Shown: in pieces, positions 38,967 through 48,875 of the stretch
Layout of the letters: every line of letters begins with the position of its first letter
Position numbering within the stretch: the first letter of the stretch is position 1
Notes under the pieces: generated by a model
Seen by the model: the letters and a program-made list of their open reading frames with translations, nothing else
Databases searched by the model: none
What the model was told of the DNA's origin: nothing
Translations under genes and position numbers: made by a program
Assembly: GCA_002352425.1 (NCBI GenBank)
Contig: DEIK01000074.1
Coordinates: 7,346 to 71,345, forward strand
DNA from: Rhodobacteraceae bacterium UBA2776
GTDB lineage: Bacteria > Pseudomonadota > Alphaproteobacteria > Rhodobacterales > Rhodobacteraceae
Direction of reading: 5' to 3'
DNA length: 64,000 nucleotides

Positions 38967-39815
38967 CTAATTGTGCTTGTTTGGCGCGGGGTCGGGTAGG
39001 GGTGTTTCAAGTGTGTTTAGCACATCCGCTAACCGTGCGCTGGCTGACCCCGGTCGAAGGGGTTTTGGTTGGCTTTCGTCAGGGGCCCAACCCGTTAGAA
39101 AAATAATTTCAAATGTCGCGGCAATGCGCCCCTCTTCGGCTTGAAAGGCGTCTGCATATATTCGGCTCGCGGTTTCGAACAAGGCGCGCGGGGCAAAAGA
39201 TTTGCGCCGTTGGCTTTGCGCATTGCTTTCCCCCATTAGGCGTAAATCAGTCACTAATCCGGACAAATTCGCATATGTTACGGTTTTGATCGCTGTGTCT
39301 GCGACGGGCATGGCAAACTCGGCCCTCTGTAACAATGCGCCCAAATCGCGGATCTCGCCCATTGGCGCAATACGCGGTGACAACCCGCCCGAAATGGCGA
39401 CCTCGGCTTCGGCCAAGGCCACGCGCAATTCAGTTAGGGTTTCACCACCAAAACAGGCCCCCAGAAACAACCCATCAGGTTTTAGGGCGCGACGGCATTG
39501 AATCAACTGGCCGACAAAATCATTGGCCCAATGCAATGACATTGAATGGATGACCAAATCATAGGCTTCAGCTTTTAGGTTGAGCAGCTCGTCATCAGAT
39601 ATAATTTCCGCGTTTGGCAGATATTTTCGCCACAAATCAGCAAATGGGGTCACAATTGCGACTGATGTAAACGTTCTATTAACCTCGTTCAGTCTTTCAT
39701 TGATCTCAAGAACAGCCTCTTCTTGCAGGAACAATGCAGGATTACCGGAACGCAGGGCACGTGCCCGAAAACGCTCAAGTGCGTTGCGGTCGGTCAACTG
39801 AGGGTTTTTTTGCAT
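38967..39815 (-). CDS. SAM-dependent methyltransferase (BioC/NDUFAF5-like)
   Basis: LHWAND, LKPDGLF, GGETLTELR, GGLSPRIAP, LLQRAEFAMPVAD, GWAP motifs; divergent from comF. Confidence 0.85.
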   Translation of the reverse strand: MQKNPQLTDRNALERFRARALRSGNPALFLQEEAVLEINERLNEVNRTFTSVAIVTPFADLWRKYLPNAEIISDDELLNLKAEAYDLVIHSMSLHWANDFVGQLIQCRRALKPDGLFLGACFGGETLTELRVALAEAEVAISGGLSPRIAPMGEIRDLGALLQRAEFAMPVADTAIKTVTYANLSGLVTDLRLMGESNAQSQRRKSFAPRALFETASRIYADAFQAEEGRIAATFEIIFLTGWAPDESQPKPLRPGSASARLADVLNTLETPLPDPAPNKHN

Positions 39816-39860
39816 CACGCGGTCCTTTGGCTGCGGGCAATCTAGAAGGAACGGCACAAA

Positions 39861-40577
39861 ATGCAATCGGCACTTCATCTGATTTATCCGTCGCAATGTA
39901 TTTCATGTCGTGATCTGGTCGAGGGTGATAATGCTCTGTGCGGTAAATGTTGGCGTGATACGCCGTTCATTTCTGGACTGACTTGCGACAAATGCGGCAC
40001 TCCACTGCCTGGCGAAGAAACAGGCGAACATATTTTATGCGACGATTGCATGATCGTTGCGCGTCCTTGGAAGAGGGGCCGCGCTGCGCTGCTTTATCAG
40101 GGCAATGGTCGCAAGATGATTTTGGCGTTCAAACACGGGGATCGGTTGGATCTGGCGCATCCAGCGGGTCAATGGTTGGCACGGGTCGCAGCGCCGCTGA
40201 TCGACGAAAATACGCTGGTTGCACCGGTGCCGTTACATTGGATGCGGCTGATGAAACGGCGCTACAATCAATCAGCATTACTGGCCAGCAGTCTTGCCAA
40301 AGCGGCGGATCAATCGGTTTGTCTGGATTTGCTGACGCGTACAAAACGTACTCGTTCCTTGGATGGCATGGGGCGGGAGGCACGGTTTGCAATGTTGGCA
40401 GATTCGATAAAGGTGAATCAAAAGCGGCGGCACCGCCTGGTCGGGCGCAATGTGTTGTTGGTCGACGATGTTATGACCTCTGGCGCGACTTTGGCGGCTT
40501 GCACCGAGGCTTGTTTGACCGCTGGTGCTGCGAATGTGAACACCGTGACATTGGCACGCGTTGCGAAGGACGCATAA
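39861..40577 (+). CDS. comF: ComF family protein (zinc ribbon plus phosphoribosyltransferase domain)
   Basis: CxxC pairs, RRYNQS, LVDDVMTSGATL. Confidence 0.9.
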   Translation: MQSALHLIYPSQCISCRDLVEGDNALCGKCWRDTPFISGLTCDKCGTPLPGEETGEHILCDDCMIVARPWKRGRAALLYQGNGRKMILAFKHGDRLDLAHPAGQWLARVAAPLIDENTLVAPVPLHWMRLMKRRYNQSALLASSLAKAADQSVCLDLLTRTKRTRSLDGMGREARFAMLADSIKVNQKRRHRLVGRNVLLVDDVMTSGATLAACTEACLTAGAANVNTVTLARVAKDA

Positions 40578-40613
40578 ATCCCTATAGTTCAGCGAAACGA
40601 TAGGGAAATTGAG

Positions 40614-40871
40614 ATGCAAACTGTTGAAATTTACACGTCGAACTTTTGCGGGTTTTGTGTAGCGGCCAAGCGGCTGCTAAAAAGCAAAGGTGTAGAGTTT
40701 ACCGAACATAATGTTGGCAGAGATGCCGCCAAACGTCAGGAAATGATGGCACGTGCCAATGGTGGGCACACGGTTCCACAGATATTTATTGGCGACAATC
40801 ATGTCGGCGGTTGTGACGAGTTGCACGCGTTGGAACGGGCAGGCAAACTTGAACCAATGCTGGCGGGCTAG
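40614..40871 (+). CDS. grxC: Glutaredoxin 3
   Basis: CGFC active site, TVPQIFI, GGCDEL. Confidence 0.93.
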   Translation: MQTVEIYTSNFCGFCVAAKRLLKSKGVEFTEHNVGRDAAKRQEMMARANGGHTVPQIFIGDNHVGGCDELHALERAGKLEPMLAG

Positions 40872-40874
40872 GGC

Positions 40875-41705
40875 ATGAAAGCGGCTCTAATCCAGCTGAA
40901 CTCATCAGATTTACCTGCGGAGAATCTTTCGCAGACCATCGAATTCATGCGCGAAGCCGCTGCGGGCGGGGCGGAGTTTTTGCTGACGCCCGAGGTGACG
41001 AATTGCGTTTCGGAAAGTCGTACGTATCAGCAGTCCGTGCTTTGTCATGAGGCCGAAGACCCGACGCTTGAGGCAATGTGTGCCGAGGCAAAAGCGCTGG
41101 GCGTATGGGTGTTGATCGGGTCATTGGCGTTGAAGACGGATGATGTAGATCGGCGATTCGCCAACCGTTCCTTTATGGTCTCGCCGCAGGGAAAGATCGT
41201 GGCGCGCTACGACAAAATTCACATGTTCGATGTCGAAATCAGCAAAACAGAAACCTACTGCGAATCCGCTGGGTATCGGCCTGGGGCACAGGCCGTGATT
41301 GCAGACACGGATTTCGCCAAAATCGGCATGACCATCTGTTATGACGTGCGTTTCCCTCATTTACATCGAGACCTGGCCCATGGTGGTGCCAAAATCTTGA
41401 CCGGCCCGGCCGCGTTTTCACCTGTATCGGGTGCTGCCCATTGGGAGACCCTGTTGCGGGCGCGCGCCATTGAGACTGGGTGCTATGTTTTCGCACCTGC
41501 CCAATGCGGTATACATCCCTCATCGACCGGCGGGGCGCGCAGCACTTATGGTCACTCCTTGGCGGTGTCGCCGTGGGGCGAGGTTTTGGCGGATGGTGGC
41601 AAAAAACCGGGTCTGACGCTGGTTGATTTTGATATTGCGGAGGTTGATAAAGCGCGGCGCAAAATTCCGTCTCTGTCGCATGACCGCGACTACGAGGGGC
41701 CGTAA
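40875..41705 (+). CDS. Carbon-nitrogen hydrolase (Nit1-like)
   Basis: PE, YDKIHMFD, ICYDVRFP triad; RARAIE. Confidence 0.92.
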   Translation: MKAALIQLNSSDLPAENLSQTIEFMREAAAGGAEFLLTPEVTNCVSESRTYQQSVLCHEAEDPTLEAMCAEAKALGVWVLIGSLALKTDDVDRRFANRSFMVSPQGKIVARYDKIHMFDVEISKTETYCESAGYRPGAQAVIADTDFAKIGMTICYDVRFPHLHRDLAHGGAKILTGPAAFSPVSGAAHWETLLRARAIETGCYVFAPAQCGIHPSSTGGARSTYGHSLAVSPWGEVLADGGKKPGLTLVDFDIAEVDKARRKIPSLSHDRDYEGP

Positions 41706-42148
41706 TGACCGACACAACAGACAATCTTGCCATCGCATTATTTGGCGAAATTTTCATGGGAGACCAGCTGGCGCGCAACCGACTGTCCAAAGCGCTGCCA
41801 AAAGGCATGGAGTTGTCGCATTTTTCGGTTTTGAATCATCTTACCACCGCGAATGCTGAACGATCTCCGGCCCAATTGGCAAAGGCGTTCCATGTAACCC
41901 GCGGGGCGATGACCAATACGCTGAACAAATTGGAATGGGCGGGGCATATTCATATTCGTCCAGATTGGGATGATGCGCGGCGCAAGCATGTCACAATCAG
42001 CCCTTCGGGCCGCGCCGCCCGCGATGTGGCGCTGAATGCAATTGCGCCGATTATTGCCAAAGTGGTCGAGGCTATCGGGACCGAAAAGGTGCGTGCCGCA
42101 TTGCCGGTATTGCGTGAATTCAGGGACCAGATGGGTGAAGAAAGCTAG
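41705..42148 (+). CDS. MarR family transcriptional regulator
   Basis: FSVLNHL, SPAQLA...[20 protein letters not shown]. Confidence 0.9.
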   Translation: MTDTTDNLAIALFGEIFMGDQLARNRLSKALPKGMELSHFSVLNHLTTANAERSPAQLAKAFHVTRGAMTNTLNKLEWAGHIHIRPDWDDARRKHVTISPSGRAARDVALNAIAPIIAKVVEAIGTEKVRAALPVLREFRDQMGEES

Positions 42149-42888
42149 CGTTTGACACTGGCCGTTACATAATTCACCGACAGATCCCGATCCGACAAAG
42201 ACCAAGACCATGCAATCGGATTAAAGACGAATCCGCTGCGATTTGTAGGCTCTAATCCAGCGTTTTTGATCAAGTCGAACAATTCATCTGGCGTGATGAA
42301 CTTGTTCCATTCATGGGTCCCTTTGGGCAACCAGCGCATGATATGCTCGGCGCCGATAATTGCGACTGCATAGCTTTTTGGATTGCGGTTCAGGGTGGAG
42401 CAGATCATCAACCCGCCCGTTTTTAACAGCTGCTGACAAGCCGTCAGATAGGCCAGCGGATCGGCCACATGTTCGACCACTTCCATGTTTAAAACCACAT
42501 CGAATTGCTCGCCCGCGTCGGCCAGTGCTTCGGCGGTTGTGTAGCGGTAATCAATTTCAAGCCCTTGTTGGTCGGCGTGGACCTGCGCGACAGGGATGTT
42601 TCCTTGGGCTGCATCGGCGCCAACCACCGTCGCACCCAGCCGCGCCATTGGTTCAGACAACAACCCGCCGCCGCATCCGATGTCCAACAAGCGCAGGCCC
42701 TGGAACGGCAGTGTGCTGGTTAAATCACGGTCAAACATCGCTGCGATTTGGGCGGTGATATAGTCCAGCCGACACGGGTTGAGCATGTGAAGCGGTTTGA
42801 ATTTTCCGTTCACATCCCACCATTCAGCAGCCATCGCCTCGAATTTGGCAACTTCGGCTGGGTCAACTGTTGTCTGATTGGCTTGCAT
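42145..42888 (-). CDS. ubiG: Ubiquinone biosynthesis O-methyltransferase UbiG
   Basis: EVAKF...[28 protein letters not shown]. Confidence 0.96.
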   Translation of the reverse strand: MQANQTTVDPAEVAKFEAMAAEWWDVNGKFKPLHMLNPCRLDYITAQIAAMFDRDLTSTLPFQGLRLLDIGCGGGLLSEPMARLGATVVGADAAQGNIPVAQVHADQQGLEIDYRYTTAEALADAGEQFDVVLNMEVVEHVADPLAYLTACQQLLKTGGLMICSTLNRNPKSYAVAIIGAEHIMRWLPKGTHEWNKFITPDELFDLIKNAGLEPTNRSGFVFNPIAWSWSLSDRDLSVNYVTASVKR

Positions 42889-42938
42889 TCTGATCTCCGT
42901 ATGGTCAATTTGGGCTCAGAAACTTGTATAGGTTATTT

Positions 42939-43931
42939 ATGGACAAGAACGCAGGGCAAAAGAGCGCATCCCAGCATCTATTTGCGCAAACCGCGCCGTT
43001 TAATACACGGATGTTGGATATGGGCGATGGCCACACGATCTATGTCGAGCAATGCGGTAACCCAGATGGGGTGCCGGTTGTGGTTTTGCATGGCGGACCG
43101 GGAGGTGGATGCAGCCCCGCGATGCGCCGCTTCTTTGACCCGACTGTTTATCGCATCATTTTGTTTGATCAACGCGGCTGCGGGCGGTCCAAGCCACATG
43201 CCAGTGTCGAGGCGAACACCACGTGGCATCTGGTGGCCGATATAGAGCGCATCCGGGCCGCACTCGACATTGACCGCTGGATTGTTTTTGGCGGCAGTTG
43301 GGGGGCGACACTGACGTTGATTTATGCTCTAACGCACCCCAATCACGTTGCGCATCTGGTTTTGCGCGGTGTGTTTTTGATGACGCAATCCGAGCTGGAT
43401 TGGTTCTATGGCGGCGGGGCTGGAAAGTTCTGGCCAGACCTTTGGGAAAATTTCGAAAACATGGTGCCGGTTGGTGAACGCGATGATTTGATCGCCGCCT
43501 ATCACAAGCGGTTGTTTTCCGGCGACCGTGATACCGAAGTGCGGTTTGCCCGCGCATGGTCGTCATGGGAAAATGCGCTGGCGTCGATTCATAGCAACGG
43601 CGCTGTAGGACAACCGCCCGCGGATTATGCATTGGCCTTTGCGCGACTTGAAAATCACTATTTTGCCAACGCCGGATTTTTGAAACACGACGATTGGATC
43701 ATAGAAAACCTGCCCAGCATTGCGCATATTCCTGCCAGCATTGTTCAAGGTCGATATGACATGATTTGTCCGCCGACCTCGGCGTGGCGGGTTGCCAAAG
43801 CGATGCCAAAGGCAAATTTGCAGATGGTGCAAATGTCTGGCCACGCCCTGTCAGAACCTGAAATTACAGCCGCTTTGGTGCAAATCATGAACAGATTGCG
43901 CCGCCAGGCCGACATTTTGGAGTGTCGTTGA
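42939..43931 (+). CDS. pip: Prolyl aminopeptidase
   Basis: LHGGPGGG, FDQRGCG, GGSWG, QGRYD, GH. Confidence 0.95.
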   Translation: MDKNAGQKSASQHLFAQTAPFNTRMLDMGDGHTIYVEQCGNPDGVPVVVLHGGPGGGCSPAMRRFFDPTVYRIILFDQRGCGRSKPHASVEANTTWHLVADIERIRAALDIDRWIVFGGSWGATLTLIYALTHPNHVAHLVLRGVFLMTQSELDWFYGGGAGKFWPDLWENFENMVPVGERDDLIAAYHKRLFSGDRDTEVRFARAWSSWENALASIHSNGAVGQPPADYALAFARLENHYFANAGFLKHDDWIIENLPSIAHIPASIVQGRYDMICPPTSAWRVAKAMPKANLQMVQMSGHALSEPEITAALVQIMNRLRRQADILECR

Positions 43932-44086
43932 GGGGTTGATTTAGGGCGTGGAATGGGGGAATTTTGAGTCCGATCAACCACATATGACATTAATCAACAA
44001 TGCAAACAGGGCTATGCGTTGACAATGTCTCTGGGCTACGACATTTCCTAAAGAAAAAAATATCAGGCAAGTTTCGGAGAGTAGTG

Positions 44087-45418
44087 ATGCGTATTGCGAT
44101 GATTGGCACAGGGTATGTCGGGCTTGTATCAGGTGTATGTTTTTCCGATTTCGGACATGATGTCATTTGTGTCGACAAAGACCCCGAAAAGATAGCGATG
44201 TTGGAGCGTGGCGAAGTTCCGATCTATGAGCCAGGCCTGGATGAGCTGATGGCCAAGAATGTCAAGAACGGCCGTCTTTCGTTTACGCAAGACCTAAAGA
44301 CAGCCGTTGCCGATGCCGATGCGGTTTTCATTGCTGTCGGTACGCCGACGCGTCGCGGGGATGGTCATGCCGACCTGACATTTGTTTACGCGGCCGCCGA
44401 AGAAATCGCCAATGCCATCACGGGTTACACCGTAGTTGTTACCAAATCGACCGTGCCGCTGGGTACCAATCGGCAGGTAAAACAGGTGATCCGCAAGGCC
44501 AATCCCAAGGCTGAATATGACGTTGCCTCCAACCCTGAATTCCTGCGCGAAGGGGCTGCGATTGATGATTTCATGCGGCCAGATCGTGTGGTTGTTGGCC
44601 TACAATCTGATCGTGCGCGTGATGTGATGGATGATATCTATCGGCCGCTTTCGCTCCGCGATTTTCCGGTGATCTATACGGATCTGGAATCCGCTGAAAT
44701 GATCAAATACGCTGCCAATGCATTTTTGGCGACAAAGATCACGTTCATTAACGAAATCGCGGGTCTGTGCGAGCGCACGGGTGCTGATGTGAAACAAGTG
44801 GCCAAGGGTATGGGCATGGATGGGCGCATAGGTGACAAATTCCTGCATGCCGGACCTGGCTACGGTGGATCATGCTTTCCCAAAGATACCAGCGCCTTGG
44901 CGCGGATGGGTCAGGAACATGCGGTTCCGATGCAAATCACTGAAACCGTGATCAAGGTCAACGACGAGATCAAGCGCCGGATGATCGATAAAGTCATGGA
45001 TTTGTGTGACGGCACAGTGAACGGCAAGGTTGTTGCCATTTTAGGTGTCACGTTTAAGCCCAATACCGATGATATGCGTGATGCGCCTGCTTTGACGATT
45101 GTGCCCGCACTTGTTGGTGGTGGTGCCAAGGTGCGCTTGGTTGATCCGCAGGGGCACCGCGAAGCTGAAGCGTTGCTGCCCGGCGTTCACTGGTTGGATG
45201 ACGCCTATAAGGCGGCGAATAATGCGGATGTGATTGTTTTGCTGACCGAGTGGAACGAATTCCGTGCGCTGGATCTGAAGCGTTTGGCCAAGAAAATGAC
45301 GGCACCACGGATGGCCGATCTTCGTAACATCTATAGCGCTAAAGATGCCAAAAGGGCCGGGTTCGAGGCTTATGTTTCGATCGGGCGCAAAGATATGTTC
45401 AATAATCCCGACGAATAG
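44087..45418 (+). CDS. ugd: UDP-glucose 6-dehydrogenase
   Basis: GTGYVG, AVGTP, KSTVP, NPEFLREG, GYGGSCFPKD; ATG 44087. Confidence 0.96.
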   Translation: MRIAMIGTGYVGLVSGVCFSDFGHDVICVDKDPEKIAMLERGEVPIYEPGLDELMAKNVKNGRLSFTQDLKTAVADADAVFIAVGTPTRRGDGHADLTFVYAAAEEIANAITGYTVVVTKSTVPLGTNRQVKQVIRKANPKAEYDVASNPEFLREGAAIDDFMRPDRVVVGLQSDRARDVMDDIYRPLSLRDFPVIYTDLESAEMIKYAANAFLATKITFINEIAGLCERTGADVKQVAKGMGMDGRIGDKFLHAGPGYGGSCFPKDTSALARMGQEHAVPMQITETVIKVNDEIKRRMIDKVMDLCDGTVNGKVVAILGVTFKPNTDDMRDAPALTIVPALVGGGAKVRLVDPQGHREAEALLPGVHWLDDAYKAANNADVIVLLTEWNEFRALDLKRLAKKMTAPRMADLRNIYSAKDAKRAGFEAYVSIGRKDMFNNPDE

Positions 45419-45433
45419 TCAAAAGGGCTGGTT

Positions 45434-46471
45434 TTGAAAACTCTTGCGATCACATCAATGCGTAACGAGGGCCCCCACTGTTTGGAGTGGATTGCCCATC
45501 ATTTGGCCGCGGGTGTTGACCACTTTTTAATCTACACGAATGATTGTGATGACGGCACTGATCTGATGCTTGATACATTAGAAAACGCTGGATTAGTGAC
45601 GCATATCCGGCAGGTTCCCAAAGGCAAACGCACGGTGCAATGGCAGGCGCTGAAACATGCCACGGATCATCCGTTGGTCGCACAGGCAGATTGGGTTTTG
45701 GTGACGGATTGTGATGAGTTTATCAACCTTCGCAGCCCTTATGGGACGCTGAAAGAAATGATCGAAGCCTTGCCTGACGAGGTGGATGCGATGGCGATGC
45801 CGTGGCGGTTGTTTGGCCATTCCGGCCAGATTGAAATGCGCGATGAGATGACGATTGAACGGTTTACCCGCGCAGCACCGATCGACATTCAACTGCCGCT
45901 GGCACATTTTTTTAAATCATTGTTTCGCCCCGCCGCGTTTCGTCAGTTTGGTGTGCATCGTCCAAAGCGCAAGCAGGACCGTTTGCCAAAATGGGTTGAC
46001 GGAGGTGGCAATGCATTGCCCGAGGGTTTTGCCAAACAGGACGGTCGCATCAACATGTTTGGCATCGAGGCCGGCACTGATTTGGTGCAGTTGAACCATT
46101 ATTCTCTACGCTCAGCGGAATCCTTTATGGTCAAACGGGCTCGTGGATTGCCCAATCATACGGAGCGCGAGATTGGTTTAGGCTATTGGGTCGAGCGTAA
46201 TTTCAACACGGTAGAGGACCCTAGCATTCAGCAAATGATGGGTGCGACAAAGGCCAAGTTGGATCAACTGAAGTTGATTAAAACAATCTCTAACCTGCAC
46301 AAAAACGCATGCCAGCGCCACAAAGACTGTTTTAACGAAATGATGACAAATCGCGCTGATATTCAATTGTTTTGGCACCTGACTTTAAGCGCCTCCAGTC
46401 AGCCACCCAGTGTAACTCTTGCGCGTACCCAGATTAACCGGATCATAAAGGCTGAAAACCAAGATGGCTAA
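45434..46471 (+). CDS. Glycosyltransferase, GT2-like (Glyco_tranf_2_4/GT92-type)
   Basis: MRNEG..LEW..HH, NDCDDGT, DCDEF (DxD), WRLFG, LNHY. Confidence 0.88.
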   Translation: MKTLAITSMRNEGPHCLEWIAHHLAAGVDHFLIYTNDCDDGTDLMLDTLENAGLVTHIRQVPKGKRTVQWQALKHATDHPLVAQADWVLVTDCDEFINLRSPYGTLKEMIEALPDEVDAMAMPWRLFGHSGQIEMRDEMTIERFTRAAPIDIQLPLAHFFKSLFRPAAFRQFGVHRPKRKQDRLPKWVDGGGNALPEGFAKQDGRINMFGIEAGTDLVQLNHYSLRSAESFMVKRARGLPNHTEREIGLGYWVERNFNTVEDPSIQQMMGATKAKLDQLKLIKTISNLHKNACQRHKDCFNEMMTNRADIQLFWHLTLSASSQPPSVTLARTQINRIIKAENQDG

Positions 46472-48734
46472 AGCCGCAAATAAGTCGAACTTCTTTTTGC
46501 AAACGACCCTGAATGTTCAGCAGGCGGGAGATGTGACTTTGCTTGATGCGATTTCGCATGCTGATGGCGATAATCGTAAAATGCAGTTGTTTTTTGCTGC
46601 GGGCACGCCGCCCGAGCAGTTTCGAGCGGGTAAAGGGCTGGAAATCATCGAAATGCGCAGCCTGGGCGAGGCGCCAATGCTGAATTGTATAGCCAAAGGT
46701 AAGTCTGGTCCTGTGTCGATTGATATTGGGAACCAGACCCTGAAAATTAAAGCCGAAGACCCTGAAACAGCCGTTTTCGCGGGTCTTAACGTGGGTTTTG
46801 CGATCCGCAACGGTGAATCGCTTGAAACCACGTTGGAATGGCTGAACTACCACGTCACGCATCATGGTATGAACGCTGCGCTTATTCTGGATCGGGCCAA
46901 ACCACAGGCCGATAAGGCCTACGCCAACCAGTTGAAAAACAAAGCCGCCAAGATCAAGGGACTGGAACGACTTGTACTGCTGAGAGCAAAAGTACCGCTT
47001 GGCAGAGCAGATTTGCCAGCGGAATCTCACCCTTTCAACGTGCCAGGTGCGCCGGGTAAGGATCGGATGGAAATTCCGAAAGGTGATGCGTGGAATTCGC
47101 CACTGGGTGAGTTGCAGATGTTTGAACTGCTGCGAGCGCGGTTTCTTGATCATGCCCGCGCTGTGATGAACATTGAGTTGTATGATCTGGTGGTGATTGG
47201 CAAAGGCAAAAATGTTTTTGACCGTGCGGTTGTGGCCAGCAATGGCTGTATTCAGATGGATGGCCATCAGATTTACCCGTGGCGCGTGCGCAATGGGGAT
47301 GAAGCCACATTTGGTGATCATATCTGCCGCCAGTTTGACGCCAAGGGTACGCGTAAACGGTGGTGTATTGCGCCTGCCACAGCCAAGGAAAATGTGGTTT
47401 GGCGTTTGATCCGTGTGGTTGGTGCGACCCCTGCACCGGAGGAGGCCGTGCCATATTTGCGTTGCATGGCTTTGCGTCATCCGACTGATACAGTGTCAAA
47501 AATTGTGCCTAAAACCAGCCTGATTGAAGATGAAAATCTGCTGGCCATGTCGCAGAATATTTTCAAACATAAACCGGTTCGCACACCTGAGGAAAATGCA
47601 GGGCTAAAGTGTCGTGATACCAACCGCACCGCCATCGTTACCACCATGAAAAACGAAGGGCCGTTTATCTTGGAATGGCTGGCGTACCACCGCGCCATCG
47701 GGGTTGATGATTTCTTGGTCTACACCAATGATTGCACGGATGGCACGGATACAATGCTGCAAATGTTGCAAGACAAAGGCATCGTCCAGCACCGTGAAAA
47801 TCCATTTAAAACCAGCGGCTTAAAGCCACAGCACGCAGCGCTTCAGGCGTCGGATGATGAGCCAATGATCCAGAATGCAGATTGGTTGATCTGTATGGAT
47901 GTCGATGAGTTTATAAACATCAAATGCGGCGCCGGGCGGCTTGATGATCTGTATGAGGCGATTGGCGACGCCAACATGATTTCGATCACTTGGCGGTTGT
48001 TTGGCAATAGTGATTTGCATGAATTCAAAGATGGCCTGATCATTGAGGATTATGATCTGTGCGCCCATGAATTGATCCGAAAACCACATCAAGCCTGGGG
48101 CTTTAAAACCCTGTTTCACAACATTGGTATTTTCAAAAAAATGGGGGTGCATCGCCCCAAGGGGTTAAAGCCGCAATTGTGGGAAGATATCAATTGGGTC
48201 AATGGATCAGGGGCGCAGATGCCCAGCGACATGTACCGTAACGGCTGGCGTTCCACGACCGAGACCTATGGTTATGATCTGGTGCAGTTGAACCATTATG
48301 CGGTGCGGTGCGCCGAGAGCTTTTTGGTCAAGCGGGATCGCGGGCGGGTTAACCACGTCGATCGGGACCAAGGCATGGCTTACTGGTTTCGGATGAACAA
48401 TAACGCGATGAAGGAGCATTCGATTCAGCGCATGGTGCCGGCCGTGCGTGCCGAGCTGGACGCGCTGATGGCTGACCCGGACATCGCCGCCGCACATGCG
48501 CATTCAGTTAAAATGCACAGCGAAAAAATTGTAGAGCTGAAGGCGGGTGAAAACTATGCCGCGTTCTATAAGGAATTGACCAGCCCGCGGTTAGAGGCCC
48601 TTTCGAAACTGCATGCGCATTTCGGGGCGAACGTGTTTCTGCTGGGACCAGAAGTTGTCCCTGACGAGGTTCTGGAGAAAGACCCCAATGAGGATTTCTT
48701 TTTCACTGTCGAAAAAGGCGAAACGACACATTAA
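46464..48734 (+). CDS. Large glycosyltransferase with C-terminal GT2-like domain and degenerate N-terminal GT-like domain
   Basis: C-half MKNEGPFILEW, DVDEF, GVHRPK, LNHY; N-half RNGESLETTLEWLNYH. Confidence 0.85.
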   Translation: MAKAANKSNFFLQTTLNVQQAGDVTLLDAISHADGDNRKMQLFFAAGTPPEQFRAGKGLEIIEMRSLGEAPMLNCIAKGKSGPVSIDIGNQTLKIKAEDPETAVFAGLNVGFAIRNGESLETTLEWLNYHVTHHGMNAALILDRAKPQADKAYANQLKNKAAKIKGLERLVLLRAKVPLGRADLPAESHPFNVPGAPGKDRMEIPKGDAWNSPLGELQMFELLRARFLDHARAVMNIELYDLVVIGKGKNVFDRAVVASNGCIQMDGHQIYPWRVRNGDEATFGDHICRQFDAKGTRKRWCIAPATAKENVVWRLIRVVGATPAPEEAVPYLRCMALRHPTDTVSKIVPKTSLIEDENLLAMSQNIFKHKPVRTPEENAGLKCRDTNRTAIVTTMKNEGPFILEWLAYHRAIGVDDFLVYTNDCTDGTDTMLQMLQDKGIVQHRENPFKTSGLKPQHAALQASDDEPMIQNADWLICMDVDEFINIKCGAGRLDDLYEAIGDANMISITWRLFGNSDLHEFKDGLIIEDYDLCAHELIRKPHQAWGFKTLFHNIGIFKKMGVHRPKGLKPQLWEDINWVNGSGAQMPSDMYRNGWRSTTETYGYDLVQLNHYAVRCAESFLVKRDRGRVNHVDRDQGMAYWFRMNNNAMKEHSIQRMVPAVRAELDALMADPDIAAAHAHSVKMHSEKIVELKAGENYAAFYKELTSPRLEALSKLHAHFGANVFLLGPEVVPDEVLEKDPNEDFFFTVEKGETTH

Positions 48735-48776
48735 CCACATGGCGGTAAAACAAAGCGGCTTATTGTTTCGGATTCG

Positions 48777-48805
48777 TTGACAAAGCGGGCTATTATCTAC
48801 ATATT
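48777..48805 (+). promoter_or_regulatory. Internal sigma70-type promoter of the glycan cluster
   Basis: TTGACA-N17-CATATT in the gap upstream of 48876. Confidence 0.5.
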
Positions 48806-48875
48806 TTAAGCGAAACAGGCACAATAAGCACTGCAAGTATAACAGGCCGAATGGCTGATAAAATTGAGGAATATC

